DNA of 64,000 nucleotides from Hyphomonadaceae bacterium (GCA_050186235.1 JBFWYQ010000001.1:422678-486677); one strand, 5' to 3'. Positions 48,308 to 57,485 are shown, counted from the stretch's first letter. Notes: generated by a model from the sequence alone, not told the origin. Made by a program: numbers and translations.

Positions 48308-50032
48308 ATGTCAACTGCACTGTCGAACAATGCAAAACTGGGCATAGCTGCAACCAGTCTGGTTGCTCTTCTGGCCGTTGGCGCGGTCTCAATCGGCATT
48401 CTCTATCCGCCACAAGGCGGATCAATCTTCGGCACGATCGCGCCGGTGGAGCGTTATCGCTCATCGCAAGTCAGCGATACTGACGTGACGCTCGGCGATC
48501 AGTCCGTCCCGCAACTGATGCAGACCGATGCGTTTCATCTGATGGTGAACGATCCATCGTTCCGCGCATTGGCGCGCGATCCGGGATTTGCGGCCCTCGC
48601 CCAGAACCCGGCCGCGCTGGCGGCGATGGCTCGGGACGCGCAGGCCTTTGCGGCGCTTGCTCGCGATCCACAAGCTTTCGCGGCGCTTGCCCGCGCTGCA
48701 CAAGCCGGTGAAGCCCAATCAATGGACGCTCAAGCGCGCAATGCCGAAGCGTTCACGGCGCTGGCGCAAAATGCACAGGCCTTCGAGATCATGGCGCGTC
48801 AGCCGCAAGCGTTTGCGGTCATGGCCCGCCATCCGCAAGCGTTCGAGGCGCTCGCCCGCCACCCGCAGGCTTTTGCGGCGATGGCGCGTGAACCGCAGGC
48901 GTTTGCTGCTTTCGCCCGCAACGCCGATTTCGCGGCGGCTGCACGCAATCCGGCGGCCAACGTCGCCATGGCGCGTGACGCCGCAGCGTTCGAAGCGTTG
49001 GCTCGCGACGCCCAGGCGATGAGCGCTTTGGCGGCTGACGCGCAAGCGTTCGACGCCTTGGCGCGCGACGCCCAGGCGTTCCAGGCGCTGGCACGCGACG
49101 CGCAGGCATTCAACGCCATGGCGCGTCAAGCTCAAGCCTTCCAGGCGATGGCCCGCAACGCCGAGGCTTTCCGCGCATTGGCGCGTGACGCCCAAGGCCT
49201 CGCCGCCATGGCCCGCAACGCGCAAGCGTTCCAGGCGCAAGGGGCCGCAGCCCGCGGACTCGACGCCCAAGCGACCGCGGCGCTCGCCGCCAATGCGCAG
49301 GCGTTCTCGATCATGGCGCGTGAGCCGCAAGCGTTCGCGGCGATGGCGCGTTATCCGAATGCGTTTGAAGCCCTGGCCCGCCACCCGCAGGCTTTTGCCG
49401 CCATGGCGCGCAACCCGCAGGCGTTCGAGGCCTTCGGCCGCAACGCCAATTTCGCGGCCGCGGCGCGCGACGCGCAAGCCAATGTGGCAATGGCGCGCGA
49501 CGCCCAGGCGTTCCAAGCGCTTGCCCGCGACGCGCAGGCCATGAACGCGTTGGCCCGTGAGGCGCAGGCGTTCGAAGCGATGGCGCGCGACGCGCAGGCA
49601 TTCCAGGCCCTGGCCCGCGACGCGCAGGCATTCGAGGCGATGGCCCGCAACGCGCAAGCGTTCCAAGCCATGGCTCGCAACGCCCAAGCGTTCAACGCGC
49701 TGGCGCGTGACGCCCAAGGTCTCGCCGCCATGGCGCGTAATGCTCAGGCCTTCCAGGCTCAAGCCTCGATCGCCCGCAACGCTCAGGGCCTCAACGCCCA
49801 AGCGATGCAGGCGATGGCGCGTTATCCGCAAGCCTTCGAAGCAATGGCGCAGAACCCGCAGGCGTTCGAAGCGCTGGCGCGTAATGCTCAGGCGCTCGAG
49901 GCGCTGGCCCGTAACGCCGAGGCTTTCACGGCTCTGGCGCGGCAGCCGGCGTTTGCGGCGTTGGCGCGTGAGCCGGCCTTCGCGGCGTTGGCGCGCGACG
50001 CCAACTTTGCGGCAGCCGTTCGGGCGAACTGA
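48308..50032 (+). CDS. Membrane-anchored Ala-rich decapeptide-repeat protein, function unknown
   Basis: AGGA RBS; N-terminal hydrophobic segment aa 11-32; about 45 units of (L/M)AR(D/N/H)(A/P)QAFxA. Confidence 0.9.
   Translation: MSTALSNNAKLGIAATSLVALLAVGAVSIGILYPPQGGSIFGTIAPVERYRSSQVSDTDVTLGDQSVPQLMQTDAFHLMVNDPSFRALARDPGFAALAQNPAALAAMARDAQAFAALARDPQAFAALARAAQAGEAQSMDAQARNAEAFTALAQNAQAFEIMARQPQAFAVMARHPQAFEALARHPQAFAAMAREPQAFAAFARNADFAAAARNPAANVAMARDAAAFEALARDAQAMSALAADAQAFDALARDAQAFQALARDAQAFNAMARQAQAFQAMARNAEAFRALARDAQGLAAMARNAQAFQAQGAAARGLDAQATAALAANAQAFSIMAREPQAFAAMARYPNAFEALARHPQAFAAMARNPQAFEAFGRNANFAAAARDAQANVAMARDAQAFQALARDAQAMNALAREAQAFEAMARDAQAFQALARDAQAFEAMARNAQAFQAMARNAQAFNALARDAQGLAAMARNAQAFQAQASIARNAQGLNAQAMQAMARYPQAFEAMAQNPQAFEALARNAQALEALARNAEAFTALARQPAFAALAREPAFAALARDANFAAAVRAN
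48761..49762 (+). repeat. Two colinear 480-bp super-repeats (aa 152-311 and 326-485) of 30-bp units
   Basis: LAQNAQAFEIMAR...GLAAMARNAQAFQAQ aligns unit for unit with LAANAQAFSIMAR...GLAAMARNAQAFQAQ at a 522-bp offset. Confidence 0.9.
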
Positions 50033-50042
50033 CGTGACGTGG

Positions 50043-50070
50043 CACGCCGCGTCGAGCGAGGCGCGGCGTG
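50043..50070 (+). other. Intergenic GC stem-loop without U tract (possible mRNA stabiliser)
   Basis: CACGCCGCG-N10-CGCGGCGTG. Confidence 0.45.
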
Positions 50071-50097
50071 GCCGTCTGTAAAGCGTGCTAGGTGGGG

Positions 50098-53000
50098 ATG
50101 GTGGGGGTCCGCACGCTCTTATATGCCGCTGCTCTGTCGCTTGCGCCGGTCCTCTCAGCGCAGGCGCAGACGGGCGCCACCACGCCCTCGCCGCCGACCG
50201 GCGCCCAGACGCCAGACGCGCCCGCCCCTGGCGACATAGCGGCGCCACCAACCAGCGACGAGCCGCCGGCCCCAGAACCGCCGCCACCCAGCCGCGCGCC
50301 GGACGACATCCCGCTGATCGATCTTTCGGTGCTCGAAACCGAAAACCTGCGCCTGCTCTATTTCGATCCGTCCGAGACTTACCTGACGCCCTATGTCGGC
50401 CGAAGCTTCGAAAACGCGCTTGCGTTCGAGCGGCGTATTTTCGACTGGGAGCCTTGGGATCAGGTTACGCTGCTCTTGAAGGACTTCGGTGACTACGGCA
50501 ACGCCGCCGCGCGCTCCTCGCCTAACAATGCGCTTCTGATCGACATCGCCCCGCTCAGCCTCGCCTATGAGACATTCAGTCCGGGCGAGCGCTTCTACAC
50601 GCTGACCAATCATGAAGTGACTCACGTCGCGCTCATGGATGTCTGGAACGAGCGCGACGCGATGTGGCGGCGCATTTTCTTCGGCAAGCCGATGCCGGTC
50701 GAGGAGCATCCTGAGACCATTCTCTACAATTACCTCGCCACACCGCGCGTTAACGTCCCGCGTTGGTTTCTCGAAGGCAGCGCCGTGTTCATGGAGACAT
50801 GGATGGCGGGCGGCTTCGGCCGCGCCCAGGGCGCCTATGATGAGATGGTGTTCCGTTCGATGGTGCGCGACGACGCGCACTTCTATTCGCCGGTCGGTCT
50901 AGAATCCGAAGGCATCTTCGTCGACTTCCAAGTCGGCGTGAACGACTATCTCTACGGCACGCGCTTCTTCAGCTATTTGGCGATGCGCTATACGCCGGAG
51001 CAAGTCGTCGCGTGGCTGCGCCGCGACGAAGGCAGCGCGGCCTATTACCAAACGCAGTTCCGGCGCGTGTTCGATCTACCGCTCAATCAGGCCTGGCGCG
51101 ATTGGATCGCCTGGGAACACGAGTTCCAGAATGCGAACCTGACGGCGCTGCGCGCCCATCCGCTGACCGATGGCGCAGCACTTTCGCCGCGCGCGCTCGG
51201 CTCGGTCTCACGCACCTTCGTCGATCCTCGCACCGGCGACTTGATCGGCGCCTTCCGCTATCCAGGCGTCATCGGCCATGTCGGCGTGCTCACTCCCGGG
51301 AGCGGCGACATTCGCCGCCTCACCGACATCAAGGGCGCGATGCTCTATCGCGTCACGTCTCTTGCTTATGACCCAGCGACGAACACGGCGTGGTACACGA
51401 CCGACAATTACGCGTATCGCGACATCATGCAGATCGACGTCGCATCCGGCGACCAACACATGGTGCTGCGCGATGCGCGCATCGGCGACATCGTGTTCAA
51501 TCCGGCCGACCGATCGCTCTGGGGCCTCAGACACCTGAACGGATTCGTCACGCTGGTGCGGATTCCCGAGCCCTATACGAGCTGGAATCAGGTTCACACG
51601 TTTCCGTTCGGGCGCGTGCCATTCGACCTCGATGTTTCGCCGGACGGCTCGATGCTGTCGATGTCCGTCGGTGAGATCAACGGCGACCAAGCGGTGCACG
51701 TCTTTCGTATCGCCGACTTGGATATCGGTGCAACGCCAACGCCGGTCGCGAGTTTCAGCCTCGGCCAGGCAACACCTGAAGGTTTCGTGTTCTCGCCCGA
51801 CGGCCGCTATCTCTATGGCAGCGCCTACTACACCGGCGTGTCGAACATCTATCGCTTTGAGATCGCGACACAGGAGGTCGAAGCAGTTTCTAATGCCGAA
51901 ACCGGCTTCTTTCGTCCGATCCCGCAAGCCGATGGCTCGCTCATCGTTTATGAGTACACTGGCCAGGGTTTCCAGCCTGTCACTATCCGCCCCGCGCCGC
52001 TCGAAGATCTCGGTACGATCCGATTCCTCGGCACGGAAATCGCGCGTACCCATCCGGTGGTTACGACCTGGACGGCAGGCTCTCCATCTCGGGTCGATCT
52101 CGACAGCTTGATTACCCAACGCGGCCATTACCTGCCGCGCGATGAGATGCAATTGGGCGCCGCCTATCCGATCGTTGAGGGCTACCGCGGGCGCGTCGCG
52201 GTTGGCTATCACGCGGTGTTCGAGGATCCGCTGCAGTTCAACCAATTGCACGCCACGCTATCTTACCTGCCGAACTCGCCGTTCGACGATCAGGACTGGC
52301 ATTTCGACATCGAATACAAAACGCTGCGCTGGCGTTTCCGATATTGGCACAACGACGCCGATTTCTACGATCTGTTTGGCCCGACAGAGCGCGCCCGCGC
52401 TGGCGACGCCTTCATCGTCGGCTATCACAACTCTCTGATCTACGATCCGCCGCGCCAGCTCGATTTCAGCGTTGACGCCGCTTACTACACCGGCCTCGAC
52501 ACGCTTCCTGCGGCGCAGGAAGTCTCAACGACATTCGACGAGCTCGGGTCTCTCAACGCCGAACTTACCTACACGAACACGACGCGTTCGCTTGGCGCCG
52601 TCGATCATGAACGCGGTTGGCGCTGGAATGTGGCCGCCGGCGCCGATCATGCTAACGGCGAGTCCTATCCGAGCCTGCGCGCCGGCGTCGATTTCGGCGT
52701 GCCGCTGCCGATGAATAATTCGTCCGCTTGGCTCTACGCGGCGGCCGGCACGATCGGGGGAGACGACGCCAGTCCGCTCAGCGCCTGGTACATGGGTGCG
52801 TTCGGCAACAATTACGTCGATGATCGCGAGATCAAACGGTATCGCGAATTCGATAGTTTCCCGGGTTTCGAGATCAATGCGATCGAAGCGCAGACGTTTG
52901 TCCGCGCCATCGGCGAACTGAATCTGCCGCCGGTGCGGTTCGAGGACATTGGCGTGGCCAGTCTCTTCCTGAGTTCGGTGCGCCCCGCCCTCTTCGCCGG

Positions 53001-53184
53001 AGCGCTCGAGGCCGAGCCGCGCACCGGGGAACGGCGCTCGCTGCAAACGCTCGGTGTCCAGACCGATTGGAATTTCACAGTGGCGCACCGCTTGCCGATG
53101 GTGCTCTCGTTGGGCTACGCGAGAGGCTTCGAAGACGGCGAAGCCGAGAGTGACGAAGTGCTTGTGTCGCTGAAGATCATGTGA
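50098..53184 (+). CDS. Predicted outer-membrane protein: signal peptide, Pro-rich linker, HExxH zinc-peptidase domain, beta-propeller, C-terminal beta-barrel
   Basis: LAPVLSAQA signal; TNHEVTH plus PRWFLEG; VFNPADR, VSPDGS and FSPDGRYL propeller motifs; alternating aromatic beta-strand pattern over the last ~350 aa. Confidence 0.8.
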   Translation: MVGVRTLLYAAALSLAPVLSAQAQTGATTPSPPTGAQTPDAPAPGDIAAPPTSDEPPAPEPPPPSRAPDDIPLIDLSVLETENLRLLYFDPSETYLTPYVGRSFENALAFERRIFDWEPWDQVTLLLKDFGDYGNAAARSSPNNALLIDIAPLSLAYETFSPGERFYTLTNHEVTHVALMDVWNERDAMWRRIFFGKPMPVEEHPETILYNYLATPRVNVPRWFLEGSAVFMETWMAGGFGRAQGAYDEMVFRSMVRDDAHFYSPVGLESEGIFVDFQVGVNDYLYGTRFFSYLAMRYTPEQVVAWLRRDEGSAAYYQTQFRRVFDLPLNQAWRDWIAWEHEFQNANLTALRAHPLTDGAALSPRALGSVSRTFVDPRTGDLIGAFRYPGVIGHVGVLTPGSGDIRRLTDIKGAMLYRVTSLAYDPATNTAWYTTDNYAYRDIMQIDVASGDQHMVLRDARIGDIVFNPADRSLWGLRHLNGFVTLVRIPEPYTSWNQVHTFPFGRVPFDLDVSPDGSMLSMSVGEINGDQAVHVFRIADLDIGATPTPVASFSLGQATPEGFVFSPDGRYLYGSAYYTGVSNIYRFEIATQEVEAVSNAETGFFRPIPQADGSLIVYEYTGQGFQPVTIRPAPLEDLGTIRFLGTEIARTHPVVTTWTAGSPSRVDLDSLITQRGHYLPRDEMQLGAAYPIVEGYRGRVAVGYHAVFEDPLQFNQLHATLSYLPNSPFDDQDWHFDIEYKTLRWRFRYWHNDADFYDLFGPTERARAGDAFIVGYHNSLIYDPPRQLDFSVDAAYYTGLDTLPAAQEVSTTFDELGSLNAELTYTNTTRSLGAVDHERGWRWNVAAGADHANGESYPSLRAGVDFGVPLPMNNSSAWLYAAAGTIGGDDASPLSAWYMGAFGNNYVDDREIKRYREFDSFPGFEINAIEAQTFVRAIGELNLPPVRFEDIGVASLFLSSVRPALFAGALEAEPRTGERRSLQTLGVQTDWNFTVAHRLPMVLSLGYARGFEDGEAESDEVLVSLKIM

Positions 53185-54236
53185 TGGACGCAGACCTGCT
53201 GATAAAGGCGTTCATCGCGCTTGCGCCGGTCGTCGTGCTGCTGTTCGTTTTCGACCGCCTGGACGCCTTCAATCTGATTAACTTCTGGGAGATCGCCGTC
53301 CTGCTGATTGCAGGCGGCGCGCTCGCGGCGCTGAGTTTTCTCGCCAATTTGCGCGTGATGGACGGCTTTCCGATCGGCTTCAGCGCGTACAGCCGTTACG
53401 TCGCGCCCATTGTCGAAGAGAGTATGAAGGCGGCGCCGATCATCTACCTGTTTGCGCGCAATCGGCTGGGATTTAAAGTGGACGCGGCCATAGCCGGTTT
53501 CGCCGTCGGCGCCGGATTTTCCGCCGTCGAGAACATCTGGTACTTGTTCCTGATTACAGACGCCAATGTAACGGCTTGGCTCGTCCGCGGCTTCGGCACG
53601 GCCATCATGCACGGCGGGGCCACGGCCATCTTCGCGATCATCTCGCACGAAATGACCGAGCGCCAAGCCGAAAGTGCGGCTGCGCATTACCGTTTCGATC
53701 CGCTGCTTTTCATTCCCGGCCTGCTGATCGCGATGGCGATCCACTCGGCGTTCAATCATTTTCCACACCAGCCGCTGGTGGTGATGGCGATGACGCTGCT
53801 GCTGGCGCCGGCGACGATCTTTCTGGCCCTCATTCGCAGCGATCGCGCAACCCAACAATGGCTCAAGACCGACAAAACCGCGCACGAAAAGATGCTCGCC
53901 GAGATTCGCGCCGGACACTTCGCGGAAAGCCCGCGTGGACAGGCGGTCAAGGAGGCAGCCGTCCGGCTCGGTTCAAAGTCGGCGTCCGACGCACTTGCTT
54001 ATGCGGAGCTGAAAACAGAACTTATTCTCCGCGCCGAGGAGCTGATTTTCGCGGCCCAAGCCGGCACGCCTTCCGAAGTGGGCGCTGCCGACCGAGAGAA
54101 GTTCGCGAACTTGCATGCGCTGGAACGCAAGCTCGGCCGCTCGGTCGTGGCGGCAATCGAGACGCAACTCGCCTTCACCCGTAACGACCTCTGGGAACTC
54201 GACCGCTTGCGCAAACGGGCAAGAAACGCCGTTTGA
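53184..54236 (+). CDS. PrsW-family intramembrane metalloprotease with C-terminal soluble extension
   Basis: APIVEESMK (EExxK), GAGFSAVEN, AIMHG and IHSAFN motifs; TGATG coupling with the upstream gene. Confidence 0.9.
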   Translation: MDADLLIKAFIALAPVVVLLFVFDRLDAFNLINFWEIAVLLIAGGALAALSFLANLRVMDGFPIGFSAYSRYVAPIVEESMKAAPIIYLFARNRLGFKVDAAIAGFAVGAGFSAVENIWYLFLITDANVTAWLVRGFGTAIMHGGATAIFAIISHEMTERQAESAAAHYRFDPLLFIPGLLIAMAIHSAFNHFPHQPLVVMAMTLLLAPATIFLALIRSDRATQQWLKTDKTAHEKMLAEIRAGHFAESPRGQAVKEAAVRLGSKSASDALAYAELKTELILRAEELIFAAQAGTPSEVGAADREKFANLHALERKLGRSVVAAIETQLAFTRNDLWELDRLRKRARNAV

Positions 54237-54251
54237 CCGGGATCAGAACCG

Positions 54252-54275
54252 GACGCCAGCGGCTGCGATGGCGTC
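54252..54275. terminator. Stem-loop between convergent prsW-like gene and tRNA
   Basis: GACGCCA-N10-TGGCGTC. Confidence 0.45.
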
Positions 54276-54279
54276 TCGG

Positions 54280-54366
54280 CGGAGGGAGTGGGATTCGAAC
54301 CCACGGTGGGCTTGCACCCACGCCGGTTTTCAAGACCGGTGCCTTAAACCACTCGGCCATCCCTCC
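54280..54366 (-). tRNA. tRNA-Ser(TGA), CCA not encoded
   Basis: Reverse complement GGAGGGATGGCCGAGTGGTTTAAGGCACCGGTCTTGAAAACCGGCGTGGGTGCAAGCCCACCGTGGGTTCGAATCCCACTCCCTCCG: acceptor stem, anticodon TGA, long variable arm, TTCGAA loop. Confidence 0.97.
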
Positions 54367-54433
54367 GGACCGGTGGCGGGTATCAGCGCCGGCGCGGCTT
54401 CGCAAGGCGCTGAACGTGCCGCCGCCCAGGCTC

Positions 54434-55831
54434 TTACCAGCGGAACGGCGTGCGCAGCGAAACCCGGACGTCGGGCGCATCCTCGGTGACGCCGAAATCG
54501 ACGCCGGTAGAGATCGTCAGCCTCTCAGTGGCGCGGAACGAGAGGCCGAGCTGCATCGTCCCAACCTGCAATTCCGGCGATTCCTGATTGATCATGACTC
54601 CATTGGCGTCGCTGATCTCCGTCTCGGTCGGGAGCACGTAGGCGTGCGAGTAGCCGATCGAATAGGAGAAGCGCGGGTTAATGGCGAAGCCGAACCCAAA
54701 GCCGAAGCTGATCGAATCACCCGGATCGACGTGGCCGACGGTCGCCTGGCCGATCGTACGGTCGATGTCGTCGCCGATGTTGTGCAGATAGGCCGCGTTG
54801 GCGAACAGCACGGCGGGATCGGTTGCATAGAGCGCCGAAACGCCGCCCTGCACGCCCCAGAAGCCCGAGCCGGTCGCCAGCTCGGTGGCCACGCCTTGGG
54901 CGTCGCGCTGGACGTCAAAAGGCCCCAGCCCCGTGTCGGACTTCACTCGTGCGCTCGCTACGAAGATGGGCGCGCCGTTGCGGCCGCGGTTGAGCTGGTA
55001 GCGGGCCGAAGCCTCCACGTCGCCGATCTGGGCGCCATCGAGTTCGTAAGTGCGCATCGTGGTCGTGCTACCGTTGGCGAGCGTCGTCACGCGATCGTGG
55101 CGATACAAGAACGGTACGCGCGCTTCGACCTCAAGCCGGTCGGTGATAGCGTAGCGGACGGCGGTGGAGGCGGCGACGGTGTCACGCGCCGTGTCGTTGG
55201 CTTCGATCAGCCCGATATTGATGCCGGTCGTGACGGCGACGCCGCGGAAAATGAAGCGGTCGCCGGAGCTGCGGGAGTATTCGACCGACGGCTCGATCAC
55301 GAGCCGGCCGCGGCCCAGAAGGGCGTTCTGCCCTTCCGGAAGCGCTTCCACCGTCGAGACATGCGTCTCTTCGGGCGGCGCTTCGCCGACCGGACCTTGG
55401 GGCGCGGCGGCTGGCGTTGCTTCAGGCGATGTACTGCCGCCTTGTTCTGCTTGGATGAGATTGCGCGACCGCTGCCGATTGAGCGGGATGGGCTCATCAG
55501 CGGCGAAATCGCGGTAGCTCGGGCCTGCATTGGGCGCGCCGGCGCCTCGATTGTCGTCGAGATCAGCCGCGTCCCCCCGCGACATTTCGTTAAGTTCGCG
55601 GCGCTGCCGCTCGAGGATTTCCTGTTGCTCCAGCAGCTGTTGCTGTTGCGCGCGCAAGAGGCGCTCTTGTTCGTCCAGCCGCTGCTCCTGGCGCTGCAGC
55701 AACTCAAGAACACGTGAAAGGTCGGGACCTTGCACCGCATCGGCATGCGCGCTTCCCGTCCAGAAGAAAGCGCAAGCGGCAATCGCGCACGCGGCCAACT
55801 TGGCCGCGCGACGATTCACCGTCCGCTTCAT
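54434..55831 (-). CDS. FapF-like outer-membrane beta-barrel (signal peptide, coiled coil, linker, barrel)
   Basis: Signal ending GSAHA; Q/E-rich coiled coil; LVIEPSVEYSRSS, IGDVEASARYQL, LATGSGFW, DPAVLFAN, GDSISFGFGFGFAIN; C-terminal Phe-Arg-Trp; ATG 55846 is an alternative start. Confidence 0.75.
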   Translation of the reverse strand: MKRTVNRRAAKLAACAIAACAFFWTGSAHADAVQGPDLSRVLELLQRQEQRLDEQERLLRAQQQQLLEQQEILERQRRELNEMSRGDAADLDDNRGAGAPNAGPSYRDFAADEPIPLNRQRSRNLIQAEQGGSTSPEATPAAAPQGPVGEAPPEETHVSTVEALPEGQNALLGRGRLVIEPSVEYSRSSGDRFIFRGVAVTTGINIGLIEANDTARDTVAASTAVRYAITDRLEVEARVPFLYRHDRVTTLANGSTTTMRTYELDGAQIGDVEASARYQLNRGRNGAPIFVASARVKSDTGLGPFDVQRDAQGVATELATGSGFWGVQGGVSALYATDPAVLFANAAYLHNIGDDIDRTIGQATVGHVDPGDSISFGFGFGFAINPRFSYSIGYSHAYVLPTETEISDANGVMINQESPELQVGTMQLGLSFRATERLTISTGVDFGVTEDAPDVRVSLRTPFRW

Positions 55832-56058
55832 TCCGGCACGAAGCATCACCAGACCCACGTTGGAGAGCTGCCCATGGCGCCCCCTCTGCACGAATTATTC
55901 CGGTGAGCTTACCTGTGAGGTGATTAGGAACGGTGAACGCGCGAGAAAATCTGCGTTACGACGATTTCGTCTTCGATTCACACCTGTGAATACTTGCGAA
56001 CCCCGCGCCTCTCCCCTCTTGTACATCTTGTGTGTGGAGGAGCGGCGGAGGCGCTTGG

Positions 56059-56706
56059 TCATCGTAAAGCGTTTACGAAGCTTGCTTCGGTTTTGACCGT
56101 GATTTCGTCGAGTGAGACGCCGTCGGCTAGTTCGAGCAGCTTCATCGGTTGTGAACCATGTTTGTCGATCTCGAACACGCCGAGATCGGTTATCACCAGA
56201 TCAACCACGTTCACGCCCGTCAGCGGCAGCGTGCACTTCTTCAAGAGCTTAGGCGCGCCATCCTTCGACGTGTGCTCCATCACCACGACGACGCGCTTGA
56301 CGCCCGCGACCAAGTCCATCGCTCCGCCCATGCCCTTCACCATCTTGCCGGGCACCATCCAATTGGCGAGGTCGCCGCGATCGGTGACTTCCATGGCGCC
56401 GAGGATGGAAAGGTCGATATGGCCGCCGCGTATCATGGCAAAGGAATCGGAGGACGAGAAATATGAGGTCTTCTTCAGCGCCGTTATGGTTTGCTTACCG
56501 GCGTTAATCAGATCGGCATCGACTTCGTCGTCGTATGGGAAAGGGCCCATGCCTAGCATTCCGTTCTCCGACTGCAGCGTCACTTCCATCCCCTGCGGGA
56601 TGTAGTTCGCCACAAGCGTCGGGATGCCGATGCCGAGGTTCACATAGAAGCCGTCGCGCAATTCCTTGGCGGCGCGTTGAGCAAGTTGATCGCGGGTCCA
56701 CGGCAT
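56059..56706 (-). CDS. scoB: 3-oxoacid CoA-transferase subunit B
   Basis: YVNLGIGIPTLVAN, LQSENG (catalytic Glu), MIRGGHID, GMGGAMDLV. Confidence 0.96.
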   Translation of the reverse strand: MPWTRDQLAQRAAKELRDGFYVNLGIGIPTLVANYIPQGMEVTLQSENGMLGMGPFPYDDEVDADLINAGKQTITALKKTSYFSSSDSFAMIRGGHIDLSILGAMEVTDRGDLANWMVPGKMVKGMGGAMDLVAGVKRVVVVMEHTSKDGAPKLLKKCTLPLTGVNVVDLVITDLGVFEIDKHGSQPMKLLELADGVSLDEITVKTEASFVNALR

Positions 56707-57413
56707 TAGGCATTCTCCCGCTGACGCACCGTGCGCTGTTCGATGCGTTTCTCGAAACTGCCCTTAACGATTCGATCAACATAAATGCCCGGCGTGTGGA
56801 TCGCGTCGGGATCAAGTTCGCCGGTTTCGACCAGGATCTCGACTTCGGCGACGCACTTCTTGCCGGCCGTCGCCATCATCGGATTAAAGTTGCGCGCAGT
56901 CTTGCGGAAGATCAGGTTGCCTTCCTTGTCGCCTTTCCAGGCCTTGACGATGGAAAGGTCCGCGACGAGGCCGGTTTCGAGCACGTACGCTTCGCCGTTA
57001 AACACTTTGGTCTCTTTGCCTTCGGCCACCAGCGTGCCGACACCGGTCTTCGTATAGAACCCCGCGATGCCTGCCCCCCCGGCCCGGCAGCGTTCTGCCA
57101 GAGTGCCTTGAGGGTTGAATTCGAGTTCCAACTCGCCGCTCAGATACTGGCGGGCGAACTCCTTGTTTTCGCCGACATAACTCGAAACCATTTTCTTGAT
57201 TTGCTTGGTTTCAAGTAGCAGCCCGAGGCCCCAGCCGTCGACTCCTGCATTGTTGGAAATCACCGTGATGTTCTTAACGCCGGTGTTGCGGAGCGCGATG
57301 ATCAGGTTTTCGGGGATGCCGCAGAGGCCGAAGCCGCCGCTCATAACCGTCATGCCGTCGAAGGTCATGCCCTCGAGCGCGGACTTCGCGTCCGGGTAAA
57401 CTTTGTTGGCCAT
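56706..57413 (-). CDS. scoA: 3-oxoacid CoA-transferase subunit A
   Basis: [49 protein letters not shown]. Confidence 0.96.
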   Translation of the reverse strand: MANKVYPDAKSALEGMTFDGMTVMSGGFGLCGIPENLIIALRNTGVKNITVISNNAGVDGWGLGLLLETKQIKKMVSSYVGENKEFARQYLSGELELEFNPQGTLAERCRAGGAGIAGFYTKTGVGTLVAEGKETKVFNGEAYVLETGLVADLSIVKAWKGDKEGNLIFRKTARNFNPMMATAGKKCVAEVEILVETGELDPDAIHTPGIYVDRIVKGSFEKRIEQRTVRQRENA

Positions 57414-57485
57414 GGAAGCCGTTTACGTAGCGGCGCGTTGCGGCGCAACATGCCGCGACGGATATGCAAGTTTCACAAACGAATT

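Noticed and set aside
48560-50030. 30-bp periodic DNA as a non-coding repeat array or CRISPR
   Set aside because: The variation is concentrated at synonymous positions in one open frame, so the periodicity is protein-driven.
45930-54366. tRNA-Ser-anchored genomic island carrying the repeat operon
   Set aside because: I found no integrase and no duplicated tRNA 3' end (att site) at the candidate left borders, and the codon style resembles the core genes.
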